A stretch of DNA of 64,000 nucleotides from an uncultured delta proteobacterium (GCA_963804165.1 CAWDPO010000042.1:85219-149218); one strand, 5' to 3'. Positions 26,948-37,606 are shown, counted from the first letter of the stretch. Notes: generated by a model from the letters alone, not told the origin. Numbers and translations are program-made.

Positions 26948-27838
26948 ATGCCCGATCCCTGTCCTCGTTTGTTTCTAGTTGACGGCAGCTCATATATTTT
27001 TCGCGCCTTCTTCGCCATCCCGCCGCTGACCAACGCCAACGGCATGCCGACCAATGCGATCTTCGGCTTTACCAACATGATGCTCAAGTTACTGAACGAG
27101 CATCGACCGGAATATGTCATGGTCGCTTTGGACGCCGGGCGGGAGACTTTTCGTAACCAAATATTCGCTGCCTATAAGGGCCATCGACCCGAAGCGCCGG
27201 CGGATCTGATCCGGCAATTTCCCTATTTTCGCAAGGTCCTCGACGCGCTCAGCGTCGTGCTGCTCGAGCTGCCCGGCTATGAAGCCGACGACATCATCGC
27301 CACCCTGTGCAAATCCCTGGGATGCCCGAACTGTGAAATCACCGTGGTGTCGAGCGACAAGGACTTAATGCAGCTGGTCAGCGACGGCATCAAGTTGTTA
27401 GACAGCGCCAAAGATCGTTGGATCGGCGACGACCAAGTTCGGAACAAATTCGGCGTCGTGCCGGAACAAGTGATCCAAGTCATGGGATTGATGGGCGACG
27501 CGGTCGACAACATTCCAGGCGTTAAAGGGATCGGCGAGAAAACCGCGATCACCTTGATCCAGCAATTCGGCACGTTGGAGAACCTCTTTAGCCGTCTCGA
27601 CGAAGTCGATAAAATGCAACTGCGCGGCGCCGCGCGTGTGCGAAAATTTCTCGATGACGGCAAAGATTTGGCGTATCTCAGCCGCGATCTCGCCACAGTG
27701 AAACGCGACGTGCCGATCGAGATCTCGCTGAATGATCTCCGCGGCCGCGCGCCGGATCTGAAAAAGGTCCAAGGGCTTTTCAATGAGCTGGGATTTTTTA
27801 ATTTGCTAAAACTACTCGAGGCCAAACAACCCGCATAA
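26948..27838 (+). CDS. Stand-alone 5'-3' exonuclease (PolA N-terminal/FEN domain)
   Basis: LVDGSSYIFRAFF, EADDIIATL, SSDKDLMQL and GDAVDNIPGVKGIGEKTA; ends before any polymerase domain. Confidence 0.92.
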   Translation: MPDPCPRLFLVDGSSYIFRAFFAIPPLTNANGMPTNAIFGFTNMMLKLLNEHRPEYVMVALDAGRETFRNQIFAAYKGHRPEAPADLIRQFPYFRKVLDALSVVLLELPGYEADDIIATLCKSLGCPNCEITVVSSDKDLMQLVSDGIKLLDSAKDRWIGDDQVRNKFGVVPEQVIQVMGLMGDAVDNIPGVKGIGEKTAITLIQQFGTLENLFSRLDEVDKMQLRGAARVRKFLDDGKDLAYLSRDLATVKRDVPIEISLNDLRGRAPDLKKVQGLFNELGFFNLLKLLEAKQPA

Positions 27839-27844
27839 GCCATC

Positions 27845-29518
27845 ATGCAAAGCCGCATGAAGTTGGGCGATTTTTTAGTCGCCTATCTCGAAAAAATCGG
27901 TGTCTCCCATTTATTCGGCATCCCCGGCGACCTCGTCATCAATCTGTTCTTCAAATTTGGCCGGCGCCGCGGGCTCAAGATCATCACCCTTTCGCACGAG
28001 CCCGGCGTCGGATTTGCGGCCGACGGATACGCGCGTGCCACGGGCCGCATCGGCGCCATCTGCGTTACCTACGGCGCAGGCGGCCACAACATGGTTAACC
28101 CCGTGGCAGGCTCTTTCGCGGAGCGCGTGCCGATCCTCGTCATCAGCGGCGGTCCAGGGGAAGACGAACGCAAGCTCGGCGTGCTGATTCATCATCAGGC
28201 CAAAGAAATCGAGTCGCAATATCGCATCTACCGCGAAGTCACCTGCGCGGCAAAAATTATCGACGATCCGCTCAGAGCGGCAACCGACATCGATGAAGTC
28301 ATCCGCTCGATCTGGCTGCACCAGCAGCCGGGCTATCTGGAAATCCACCGCGACATGGTGGAGCGCGAGATCCACGTGCCCAAAGACATCATCGAGTGGA
28401 ACGGTGAACTGCCGCAGCCACAGTCCGACCGGCGCAAGCTCGATGAGGCGGTGCGCGAGACCGTGGAGTGGTTCAACCGCGCGAAGAATCCGGTCATCCT
28501 GGTAGGCATCGAGAGTTATCGTTTTAAGGCGGCCAAGGAGATCATTGCCCTGGTGGAAAAAACCGGCGTCCCCTGCTGTGCTTCGGTGTTGGCAAAGGGT
28601 GCATTTCCCATGAATCATCCTCAATACATGGGCGTCTATCTCGGCGGCATCAGTCCGCCGCGCATCCGCAAGCGGGTCGAAAGCGCGGATTTGATCATAG
28701 CCTTTGGCATGCTCCTCACGGACATCGAAAGCGGCGGACGCGCCCCTTCGGAAGCGCTGCGCGATCGCTCGATCTGGGCGGCGGACAATCGGGTGAACGT
28801 GAGCTTCCACACGTATACCGACATCACGCTCAAAGAATTTGTCGCGGGACTTTTGAAAGCAAACCTGAAATCGCACCGGGAAAAAATCTTTTATAGCGAC
28901 AATCTGGGCAAACCGCCGGTCAACCTCGATCGTCAGATTCGCGTCGCCGACATTCTGCGTGAGATCAATCGTTTTCTGGCCAGTCACAAAAAAATATTGG
29001 TCGTGACCGAATCCGGCGACTCTCTTTTCGGCGGTCTTGATATCAAGGTCGGCAACGACGGCCTTTACTTGGCGCAAGGTTTTTACGCGTCTATGGGTTT
29101 TGCCGTTCCCGGCGCGCTCGGGGCGCAGATCGGCACGGGACTGCGTCCTTTGATTCTTACCGGCGACGGGGGATTTCAGATGACCGGCGTCGAGATCGTT
29201 CATGCGCTGCGCCACGGATGCAATCCCGTCGTGATTTTGGTCAACAACGGCGGGTGGGGAATCTTCCGTCCCGTCGCCAAAGAAGAGGAGCTGCTCGCCT
29301 TGCCGTCGCTGCGCTATTCCGACCTCGCGGTGCTTTGGGGTGGGGTTGGCATTAGGGTACAAACTGTGGCACAGTTGCGCCGGGCGTTGGAGAATGCAGC
29401 CCAATCTTCCGCTTTCGTCATTATTGAAGCCATGACCGGATATCGCGATCTTTCGCCGATCAGCGTCAAATACATCCGCGCCTCTGCGAAACGCGCGCTG
29501 AAGTCGGCAAAGAGCTAA
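27845..29518 (+). CDS. ipdC: ThDP-dependent alpha-keto acid decarboxylase (indole-/phenylpyruvate type)
   Basis: FGIPGD, ADGYAR, IHH and GDGGFQMT...NNGGW. Confidence 0.85.
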   Translation: MQSRMKLGDFLVAYLEKIGVSHLFGIPGDLVINLFFKFGRRRGLKIITLSHEPGVGFAADGYARATGRIGAICVTYGAGGHNMVNPVAGSFAERVPILVISGGPGEDERKLGVLIHHQAKEIESQYRIYREVTCAAKIIDDPLRAATDIDEVIRSIWLHQQPGYLEIHRDMVEREIHVPKDIIEWNGELPQPQSDRRKLDEAVRETVEWFNRAKNPVILVGIESYRFKAAKEIIALVEKTGVPCCASVLAKGAFPMNHPQYMGVYLGGISPPRIRKRVESADLIIAFGMLLTDIESGGRAPSEALRDRSIWAADNRVNVSFHTYTDITLKEFVAGLLKANLKSHREKIFYSDNLGKPPVNLDRQIRVADILREINRFLASHKKILVVTESGDSLFGGLDIKVGNDGLYLAQGFYASMGFAVPGALGAQIGTGLRPLILTGDGGFQMTGVEIVHALRHGCNPVVILVNNGGWGIFRPVAKEEELLALPSLRYSDLAVLWGGVGIRVQTVAQLRRALENAAQSSAFVIIEAMTGYRDLSPISVKYIRASAKRALKSAKS

Positions 29519-29551
29519 CTGCAACGGTTTTCAATCCTCGAGGTTAATTCC

Positions 29552-30703
29552 TTGATCCATCAAGAGCGGCTCAAGAATTTATTGATCGAGCTCATCAAGA
29601 TCGATAGCCTGTCGCGCAAAGAGCGCGAAGTTGCCACGCTCCTCAAACGCGAAATGGAAGAGTTGGGAGCGACGGTTTTTATCGACGACGCGGGCGAAAA
29701 AGTCGGCGGAAACACCGGCAACCTGATCGCCCATTTTCCCGGAAACGTTGCCGGCGCCAAGCCGCTGTTGCTTTCCGCTCACATGGACACTGTGGTTCCT
29801 GGCGAGGGCATTGTGCCGATTTTGGACGGCGACATTCTGCGCACCGATGGTCGTACCGTTCTGGGCGGCGACGATAAGAGCGGTGTCGCCATCATCTGCG
29901 AGGTGTTGCGCGTGATCAAAGAGCAACGCATTCCGTGTAGCGCCGTCGATGTGGTTTTTACGATCTGCGAAGAAGCTGGCTTGATCGGCGCCAAATGTCT
30001 CGACGTAGGCCGTCTGCGCGCGCGCACGGGTCTGGTGCTCGATAGCGATTCCGTCGGTTTTCTCTTTACCAAAGCGCCGGCGGCGAATCGCATGGAATTT
30101 CGCGTCTATGGACTTGAAGCGCACGCCGGCGTGTGCCCGGAAAAGGGCATCAACGCGATCAAAGTCGCCGCTGAAGGGATCGCGCAAATGCGCCTGGGCC
30201 GCATCGATCATGAGACCACCGCTAACATCGGCGTGGTCGAAGGCGGCATGGCGGTGAATATCGTGCCCAATCAGGTGATCCTGCGGGGCGAAGCCCGCAG
30301 TCACAGCGAGGAAAAGCTGAATCGACAGACCGAGCATATGAAGCGGTGTCTCGAGGATGCCGCGGCACGCTACGTGCTCGAGATCGACGGCAAGCGCCAC
30401 AGCGCTAGGATCGAAGCCAAGATCGATCGCGATTACGACCGCATGGACGTCCCCGAGAGCGCTCCGATCGTGCAACTCGTGCACGCCGCGGCGAAAAATC
30501 TCAACCTGGAAGTAAAGACGCTCGCTACCGGCGGCGGCTGCGACGCTAATGTGCTCAATCAGAAAGGCTTGGTCGTCGCCAATCTTTCGACCGGCATGCG
30601 AGAAATTCATACGGTCAACGAATGGCTCGACCTAAAAGATTTAAATCTTTCAGCCCAGATGGTACTGGAAATCGTCAGACTCAACGCGGCTCAAAATCCG
30701 TGA
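29552..30703 (+). CDS. M20 metallopeptidase (peptidase T-like)
   Basis: SAHMDTV, GGDDKSG, CEE and IHTVNE. Confidence 0.9.
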   Translation: MIHQERLKNLLIELIKIDSLSRKEREVATLLKREMEELGATVFIDDAGEKVGGNTGNLIAHFPGNVAGAKPLLLSAHMDTVVPGEGIVPILDGDILRTDGRTVLGGDDKSGVAIICEVLRVIKEQRIPCSAVDVVFTICEEAGLIGAKCLDVGRLRARTGLVLDSDSVGFLFTKAPAANRMEFRVYGLEAHAGVCPEKGINAIKVAAEGIAQMRLGRIDHETTANIGVVEGGMAVNIVPNQVILRGEARSHSEEKLNRQTEHMKRCLEDAAARYVLEIDGKRHSARIEAKIDRDYDRMDVPESAPIVQLVHAAAKNLNLEVKTLATGGGCDANVLNQKGLVVANLSTGMREIHTVNEWLDLKDLNLSAQMVLEIVRLNAAQNP

Positions 30704-30774
30704 GGGGCAAAGTATAAAGATGAGACGTTTTAGGAACTAAAACCCCTTACCGTTCACCCCTAAGCAGTCGAACG

Positions 30775-32220
30775 ATGCAAGCACAAGAAATCGGACTCCT
30801 GCTCAAACAGGAGCGCGGCCAGTTCCTTGAATTTATCAGCGCGTACGAATATCGCCGCGCAGCCGGCCAGAAAAAACGCGAGGAAGATTTAGCCCGCGAA
30901 GTTGCGCGCGCTCTCTCTGCCATGGCCAACGCCGATGGCGGAACCGTGCTCGTCGGCGTCGAACCTGACAAGAGCGTCACCGGCATACCCTATGATCACG
31001 ATGAACTGCACGCGATCATCGAGGCCCCGCAAAACTTGCTGCGTCCGCAGCTCAGCCCTTCGTGCGAGAAAGTCCGTCTGGGAAATTTACAGCTGCTTAA
31101 GTTCGAAGTCGCCTCGGGCCTGGAGATCTATCGAATCGCCGGCGGCCGCTCGTTTTACCGGATCGCCTCCGAGACCGCGTCGCTTCCCGCGGATCAGATC
31201 CATGCCCTGAAGGAAGCAAAAAAACACGTCTTCTACGAGCGCCAGCAAGCGCTCAATGCCACCTGGTTCGATCTCGATGCAGATTTGCTGGCGGAGTTCG
31301 TCAACAAAACCCAGCCCGGCAAGGATCCCCAAGTATTTCTCAGTCAGACCTACCACCTACTCGATCAGTCGCGCGCGCTTCCTTGCCCTAACATGGCCGC
31401 GCTCCTGCTATTCGCAAAGGATCCGACCCGTTGGCATCCACGCGCAGGCATCGATTTCGTCAAATACGACGGCGCGGAGCGGCAACACGGCAGCTCACTC
31501 AATGTAGTTAAACGAATTCGCTTCGAAGCACCGCTGGTGAGGTTGATCGACGAAGCGGTCGGCCGGATCAAAGAGCATATCCGCGAACGCACGATTCTAC
31601 ACGATCTTTTTTTCCGCGAGCGGCTGGAGTACCCTACGTTCGCGTGGCAGGAGGCCTTGGTCAACGCCGTGGCGCACCGCGATTACGGTTTGAGCGGCGC
31701 CTCCATTGAAGTGTGGATGTTCGACGATCACATTAGCGTGCGCAGCCCCGGCTTGCCCCCGGAGCCGGTCACCTTGGAACAACTGAGAAGGCAGAAGAGC
31801 ATTCACTTTTCCCGCAACCCGTTGATCGTCCGGGTGCTCGCGGATCTTGGTTACCTGCGCGAAATGGGCGAAGGCGTGCCGCGCATGTTTCAGGAAATGG
31901 AAACCTACGGACTGCACCCGCCCGAATTGTCCATCGACGGTTTTGTTTTTACCGTGACCCTGCGCAATGCGCCCGTCTATGACGAGGCAACGCTCAGATG
32001 GCTCAACCAATTCGGAACGGCACAGATCAATTTGCGCCAACGACGTCTGCTCGCCTACGCGTACTGCCACGGCAAAACCTTTTCGACCGCCGAATACGAG
32101 AGAATCGCCGAAGTCGATCGCGACACCGCCTATCGGGACATTCGTTTGATGATCAAAAGCGGCATCCTCGCGCCGCTCAAGCCCAAGAGCCGAAGCTATC
32201 GCATCATTGAAAAGCTTTAG
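30775..32220 (+). CDS. Schlafen/AlbA_2 + HATPase_c_4 + wHTH protein
   Basis: AMANADGGTVLVGV, EALVNAVAHRDY, SRNP and MGEGVPRM; C-terminal TAYRDI HTH. Confidence 0.88.
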   Translation: MQAQEIGLLLKQERGQFLEFISAYEYRRAAGQKKREEDLAREVARALSAMANADGGTVLVGVEPDKSVTGIPYDHDELHAIIEAPQNLLRPQLSPSCEKVRLGNLQLLKFEVASGLEIYRIAGGRSFYRIASETASLPADQIHALKEAKKHVFYERQQALNATWFDLDADLLAEFVNKTQPGKDPQVFLSQTYHLLDQSRALPCPNMAALLLFAKDPTRWHPRAGIDFVKYDGAERQHGSSLNVVKRIRFEAPLVRLIDEAVGRIKEHIRERTILHDLFFRERLEYPTFAWQEALVNAVAHRDYGLSGASIEVWMFDDHISVRSPGLPPEPVTLEQLRRQKSIHFSRNPLIVRVLADLGYLREMGEGVPRMFQEMETYGLHPPELSIDGFVFTVTLRNAPVYDEATLRWLNQFGTAQINLRQRRLLAYAYCHGKTFSTAEYERIAEVDRDTAYRDIRLMIKSGILAPLKPKSRSYRIIEKL

Positions 32221-32232
32221 GCGCAATCCGGC

Positions 32233-33222
32233 ATGAATTTTACCCAGCTCATGAGCCTGGCCGGCGGCCATGCCGAGGCGCGGATCGTCCAGACCGCCGT
32301 GGAACTCAGCGTCTTCGACTCGCTGGAAAAGGGCCCGCTCACCGCCAAAGAAATCGCCAGCCGCCTCAAACTCGAACCCAATGCAACCGAACTGATGCTG
32401 AACGCCCTCGCGTCTTTGGCGTTGCTGCACAAGAACGCTGAAATTTTTTTCCTCGCCGACGTCGCAAATAAATTTCTTGTGAAAAATTCGGCACAGTACG
32501 TTGGCGGCATGATTCGTTTTGATTCCGCGCTGTGGAATTGCTGGGAAAAACTGCCGGACGCGATGCGCTCGGGCAAATCGGTGCGGCCGGCAGACATGTA
32601 TCAAAGCGATGCCAACGAGACCGAAACTTTTATTAATGCGATGGACTCTCTCGTCAAGGCGCGTGGCGACGCTGAGATCGTGGCAAGCAGTCTCGACTGG
32701 AACGATATAAGCGAGATGCTCGATATCGGCGCTGGACCGGCGACCTACCCGATCGGGCTATGCCGGCGATTTCCTGGGCTCCGCGCGACGGTCTACGACT
32801 TGCCGGCCACGCTCACGATCTCCGAACGCTACGTGCGCGACGCAGGGCTAATGGACAGGATTCGCCTCCTCGCCGGCGACTATCGCAGCGATCCTATTCC
32901 CGGAACCTACGACGTGATTTTTATGTCGAACATCATTCACGGCGAAGATTACCGCAAGAACAAGTCGCTCGTTGGCAAGCTGGCGGCGAATCTCAAACCG
33001 TCCGGACGGCTCGTGATCAAAGATCACATTCTCGACGACACGCGTGTCGCGCCGCCGGTCGGCGCCATCTTCAGTCTGCTGATGCTGCTCACCACCGACG
33101 GCGGACGCTGTTACAGTTTCGGCGAAATCCAGCGCTGGATGGAACTGGCGGGCTTGGGGCAGGTGCGCCAGATCGATCTACCACCGCCGCTCACCTCGGC
33201 GCTCGTCATCGGCACCAAGTAA
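32233..33222 (+). CDS. SAM-dependent O-methyltransferase (Methyltransf_2 with dimerisation domain)
   Basis: LDIGAGPA, YDLP and SNIIH. Confidence 0.9.
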   Translation: MNFTQLMSLAGGHAEARIVQTAVELSVFDSLEKGPLTAKEIASRLKLEPNATELMLNALASLALLHKNAEIFFLADVANKFLVKNSAQYVGGMIRFDSALWNCWEKLPDAMRSGKSVRPADMYQSDANETETFINAMDSLVKARGDAEIVASSLDWNDISEMLDIGAGPATYPIGLCRRFPGLRATVYDLPATLTISERYVRDAGLMDRIRLLAGDYRSDPIPGTYDVIFMSNIIHGEDYRKNKSLVGKLAANLKPSGRLVIKDHILDDTRVAPPVGAIFSLLMLLTTDGGRCYSFGEIQRWMELAGLGQVRQIDLPPPLTSALVIGTK

Positions 33223-33286
33223 TTAGCTCCGCCAAAATTTATGCTACACTGGGAAAGAAATCGCGGCTAAGGAAGGACATCGCGCC

Positions 33287-33586
33287 ATCGACGAATCAGA
33301 ACAAAAAGCCAGAGAACAAGCGATCATTGAAAATCTCAAACCCGCTTGCCTATGCAATAAAATCCGCAAAGGCACCGTAGTCAAAGCCATTCAGGCGGGC
33401 GCCAAGACTTTCGAGCAGGTCAGCAAACGCACCGGCGTCGGCACCGGCCCCTGCGGCGGGCGGCGCTGCGGTTCGTTGGTTCGAGGCATGTTGGGAGAGC
33501 CGGTGACGCCTTGCAACGAGTGCGGCTGGCCGGTTTTGTCAGGCTCGGTATGCCCGCGTTGCGATTACGCCAAACAGGAAAGTTGA
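33287..33586 (+). CDS. BFD-like [2Fe-2S] protein with a C-terminal zinc ribbon; apparent ATC start; absent from the ORF track
   Basis: CLCNKI...TGVGTGPCGGRRC, then CNEC...CPRC; AGGAAGGA 9 nt before the ATC. Confidence 0.8.
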   Translation: MDESEQKAREQAIIENLKPACLCNKIRKGTVVKAIQAGAKTFEQVSKRTGVGTGPCGGRRCGSLVRGMLGEPVTPCNECGWPVLSGSVCPRCDYAKQES

Positions 33587-33868
33587 TGGGTCCGTGACAG
33601 GTAAGCCTGATGAATTCGCGGGCTGACGCTCGGTTGATGATCACCGGCTCCTCGCGCGCTTTGCGAGTCAAGCCCAATTCAAAACAAACTCCGGCGGCAC
33701 TGGGTGCTGCGGATTAATACGCCGTGACGCTCCGAACCGCGGCATCATCGGTGCCTATGGTGATGGGGCGGTCCCCTTCTCTTGCGAAATCCAGCGCGCA
33801 TTTCCTGATTTTCGCGATCGATCGTGTACCCCGTCTCGTTACCCTCGTCCACGTCAGCATGAGGCGAA

Positions 33869-34309
33869 CTAATTCTTCTCGCTGGCAAGTTTTTTTAAGA
33901 ATCGTTTGCGCTGATGGGTGCAAGATGTTGCTTTATTCTGAGCCGCCTCTTCCGTCTGGCATCCCATGCACACCGGGCAAATCCATTCGCCGCAGGCGCA
34001 GCGCCCGCCCGCTTTGCCGGCCAACCCGGGCTTGGTATAGAAAGCTTCCTGACACCGGACACAGCGGATCTGCGTCGCCGCGTCGAGAATTTCTAAATCC
34101 TCGCTGGGCGCGATATGGCGCATCGACTCGCCGTTAACCACCACGCGATATTGAAAAACCTCTTTGGTAGTTGGCGTCTCCAATAAAGTCCCACCTTTCG
34201 TGAAGCAGGCTTTAATCGCTGTCGTGCCTTCGATCTTGCCCTCGTAACCTTTTGTTTTATGGCGCACCAACGTGCCATCTCGCAAATTTATATCAACGCT
34301 ATTCGGCAT
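33869..34309 (-). CDS. Hypothetical protein, SH3-like N-terminus plus a Cys-rich domain
   Basis: GTLVRHKTKGYEGKI; CVRC, CAC, CPVCMGC. Confidence 0.7.
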   Translation of the reverse strand: MPNSVDINLRDGTLVRHKTKGYEGKIEGTTAIKACFTKGGTLLETPTTKEVFQYRVVVNGESMRHIAPSEDLEILDAATQIRCVRCQEAFYTKPGLAGKAGGRCACGEWICPVCMGCQTEEAAQNKATSCTHQRKRFLKKLASEKN

Positions 34310-34515
34310 ACCGACCTCCATTTCGCAAACAAAAGCCTCCGGCTCAATTAAAGCTCGGAGGCTCCGCAATTACGTCGAATCAGCTCTAAATGAGATCTCA
34401 TACTAACATTTCGGTCCTTGCTTAGCGAACTATCCCCACCCTCGATAAACTCCACTTTAAGTTCCATCGCGTTGTCGAATATCACCAATCTCAGATCAGC
34501 AGCGGGCTGCGACGA

Positions 34516-34809
34516 TCAAGAAGAATAAATTTGCACGTCGCTTTCCTCGATGCGCCGGCCGCGGGTTATCAATTTAACGATGCTGCACACGTTGCGGCTA
34601 ACGTCTCCAATGTTCGCTGCGGGAAAACCGTCTTTAATATATCTGCCGATGAATTTTTGCTCCCCCAGATCGATGATTTGAAGAAAATCATTCGCGTCAC
34701 TATCCTCGAAGTAGTGCTGGGTCCCCGGGGCTGGACTATCCAGCTCAACTTGCAGGGCCTTTGAAATTTTGATGCCCACAAACAATCGCTTCGCCACATC
34801 CATCATCAA
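34516..34809 (-). CDS. Hypothetical protein
   Basis: 97-aa ORF with an AGGAG RBS. Confidence 0.7.
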   Translation of the reverse strand: MMMDVAKRLFVGIKISKALQVELDSPAPGTQHYFEDSDANDFLQIIDLGEQKFIGRYIKDGFPAANIGDVSRNVCSIVKLITRGRRIEESDVQIYSS

Positions 34810-34974
34810 TCACTCTCCTTCGCTCTATTTTCGTTCGCGCCGAAGCGCGGTCATCCGGGCACCCTTTAGCTACGAGAACTGACTTGGAAAGCCGACACCT
34901 GAGACAGCCGACGGTCCGGCTCACAGCCAGTTGTGATGCCACTCCGAGAAATAAAAAGATACCAAATTATCCGG

Positions 34975-35346
34975 CTATCCCGCGAAATTTGATATCTTCA
35001 GCGCGACGCCAAGCGGCAACGTGTTATCGCCGATGCTCAAAGCCGTGCCGAGTTTTTCCAACTCCCACGAGGACACGGTTTCCTTGGCAACCGCATCCTT
35101 GCCACTGGAGTCCGATTTCTTGTCTCCTTGGGGCAATTTGACCAGATACTTTACGTTGTTGCCGTCACTCAAGGTCAGCGAAAGAACCAGATCCTTTCCT
35201 TCCTGTGAACCCAAAGTCTGCATTGACGCGATGCGAGTCGAAAGCGTGGTCTTACCGACTGTGTCTGCGTACAGCCAAATGAACGAGCCGATGGTCGCAA
35301 TCAGAAGCAGCCAAGCATATTGGCCGAACCTTTTCTGCCGCTTCAT
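34975..35346 (-). CDS. Membrane-anchored hypothetical protein
   Basis: N-terminal TM, start overlapping the upstream ORF stop. Confidence 0.7.
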   Translation of the reverse strand: MKRQKRFGQYAWLLLIATIGSFIWLYADTVGKTTLSTRIASMQTLGSQEGKDLVLSLTLSDGNNVKYLVKLPQGDKKSDSSGKDAVAKETVSSWELEKLGTALSIGDNTLPLGVALKISNFAG

Positions 35347-35525
35347 CGCGCGATTGCGCTGGCGATCGAAGAACTGGCGGACAGTGTCTCGTTCGGCAGC
35401 AATCTCTTGACCGGGTCTTGCTCTGGAGAACTTGGCGGTTGATCGAAGGATAGTCCGATACTGTTCAGGATCATGCCCAAGATGATTAAAACCAAAGGTA
35501 TGGCAATTATCAGCAGAGGATGCAT
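35343..35525 (-). CDS. Small membrane protein
   Basis: MHPLLIIAIPLVLIILGMIL with a GGGGGAG RBS. Confidence 0.55.
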   Translation of the reverse strand: MHPLLIIAIPLVLIILGMILNSIGLSFDQPPSSPEQDPVKRLLPNETLSASSSIASAIAR

Positions 35526-35840
35526 ATTTCTCCCCCCCACGTGCAGGCGTTTGATCGCCTGCGGATTTAGGAAGAGGGAGGGGAGCAAGACCAGGAAATC
35601 GTCCAGCGTAGTGTCTACGCCGCGTTCATGCCGATGCAGAATTTAGGGTCCCGGTCTTCGACCTCTTGCGCGCCAGTAGCGTCAAGGCATGATCTAGCGA
35701 GACTCTATAGGAACACCCTAGAAGTAGCAAATGTAACACTGTTGTCGGATGATCTAGAAAGCTCGAACAGGAGACTGACACGTCGAGCGATGAAAATCAG
35801 CCGCGCGACTGACGCTGCATTGTGCCTCCGTGCTATCTGA

Positions 35841-36545
35841 CTAGAATTTTTCCGACCAGGGCCGCAATTCGATGTGAGAAGCCCAGCTGCTGCGCTGCTG
35901 GCGGTGTAGCTGCATATAGGTTTGCGCGATGGCGTCGGGGTCGAGGTTACCGTCGGATCCACGCGACGTCAGACGTTCCGGCCGTCGCGTCGGCTCGTAG
36001 ATGCCACCGTCGATGACGACCTGCGCGACGTGGATGTTCTGCGGTTGCAGCTCGCGCGCCATGCTTTGGACGAGGCCGGTCAGTCCCATCTTGCCCATGG
36101 CAAAGGCCGCGGAATTCGCAAATCCCTTAATACTTGCAGAAGCGCCGGTGAATAGAATCGTTCCATGCCCGGCTTTGATCATCCGCTTCGCTGCCGCCTG
36201 TCCTACGAGAAATCCGCCGTAACAGGTCACCAGGATCGTGTTGCGCACCGCGTCAGCATCCAACTCGGTAATCGGACCGCGCACACGACCGCTCGCATTG
36301 TAGACAACCACATCGGGTTCGCCGCTGTCTTTGCTCAGCGAATCGAATAGCTTATCGACGTCCTTCGGAATGCTCGCGTCGCATGAGTAAGCCCGGCCAT
36401 CGATTTCTTTGACCAAGCTCTCCAGCTTCTTGGTATCCCGCGCGGCCAACGCCACCCGCATGCCTTCTTTGGTAAAAAGCCGTGCCAACGATGCGCTCAG
36501 CCCCGGCCCGCTGCCGACAATCAACGCGATTTCTTGTTCAGCCAT
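35841..36545 (-). CDS. Short-chain dehydrogenase/reductase
   Basis: VGSGPGLS, VYNA, FTGASAS and FAMGK. Confidence 0.9.
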   Translation of the reverse strand: MAEQEIALIVGSGPGLSASLARLFTKEGMRVALAARDTKKLESLVKEIDGRAYSCDASIPKDVDKLFDSLSKDSGEPDVVVYNASGRVRGPITELDADAVRNTILVTCYGGFLVGQAAAKRMIKAGHGTILFTGASASIKGFANSAAFAMGKMGLTGLVQSMARELQPQNIHVAQVVIDGGIYEPTRRPERLTSRGSDGNLDPDAIAQTYMQLHRQQRSSWASHIELRPWSEKF

Positions 36546-36815
36546 GGGATCCTCCAATGGGCGGATATCAAGACGGCTTACAGGTGTCAATCAGCCCAAG
36601 ACGAATTACCATAAACGCGCCGTCAACGAGTTGCGCTGCCATCCTCTCTTCCGGCGCGGAAAACCATCGAGACAGCTAATGAACCTCTAATTTTTCAAAG
36701 AGCTCCGGATACATTACGCGGACTTTGCTTACCCACTGCTCAAAAACATCAGATCCCGGACCGATTCCGGAACGGCTTGAAGCTATTGACCGGTTGGAAC
36801 GATTAGAACAAATTT

Positions 36816-37487
36816 TCACACCGGCCATTTCTCCATTCGGTACGCTTGCTCCCAGAACATAAACTCATAACGGCTGCTCAAGATGAAATTGGCATTCATT
36901 CGATTTCTCTCTGCACGGCTCGCCGCCGCCCCGAGTTTATCCATTAGATTAATTTGCTCATGCACGGGTCGCCAAAACGCTTCGCCGGCGTAGGTCTCGA
37001 TCCACTCACGATAAATTTTCGGCCTGCGCGGACGATTCTTGTGCAATCGCCGGCCGACTTCGCCATAGATCCAATAACAAGGAAGAACCGCCGCGACGAG
37101 TTCGCCGAGAGTGCCGCTGCGCGCCACCGACTGCAGATGGCCGATATACGCCTCGGTAACCGGCCCCTTGGTCACGCTGTCCAATTGTTTGCGAGACAAG
37201 CCCACGCTCTCGCCGAAACTGGCATGGAAACTACGCTCCACCTCCACCGCACCAAGGGCGTGCCGGCAAAACAGCGCCAAGGTTTCAAGATTGGGGGACC
37301 TGGCCCCGCCTTGACAGAGCACCTGAGCAAAGTCGAGCAAGTAAACGTAGTCCTGCAGGATGAAATAAATAAACCGATCCATCGGCAAGGTTCCCGCGTG
37401 CAGCTCGCGCAGAAACGGATGACCGTCAATCGCTTGCCATATTCGGCTCGCGCGACGTCTTAATTGCGCGCTGTATTTTTCCTCCAT
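36816..37487 (-). CDS. tenA: Thiaminase II
   Basis: HPF, QDYVYL, LPCYWIY, WIETY and YEFMFW. Confidence 0.92.
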   Translation of the reverse strand: MEEKYSAQLRRRASRIWQAIDGHPFLRELHAGTLPMDRFIYFILQDYVYLLDFAQVLCQGGARSPNLETLALFCRHALGAVEVERSFHASFGESVGLSRKQLDSVTKGPVTEAYIGHLQSVARSGTLGELVAAVLPCYWIYGEVGRRLHKNRPRRPKIYREWIETYAGEAFWRPVHEQINLMDKLGAAASRAERNRMNANFILSSRYEFMFWEQAYRMEKWPV

Positions 37488-37606
37488 GGGCTAGGCTTAA
37501 CGAAAAATCGAGATCAAGAAAAGAGGTAAAGTTTCCGGTGGAATAAACGACCCTCGGCCCAAACCGAGCATTCTGGCGTAGTCGACCGGAAGTCTACTCC
37601 AGTTTC

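Noticed and set aside
26948-27838. Truncated polA pseudogene
   Set aside because: It ends cleanly at the domain boundary with the next gene 6 nt later, consistent with a stand-alone 5'-3' exonuclease.
27911-32604. Long antisense ORFs (27911-29524, 29579-30610, 31597-32604)
   Set aside because: They are shadows of well-supported plus-strand genes in GC-rich DNA and carry no motifs.
37488-37600. TPP riboswitch upstream of tenA
   Set aside because: No CTGAGA/ACCTG core is visible on the minus strand.
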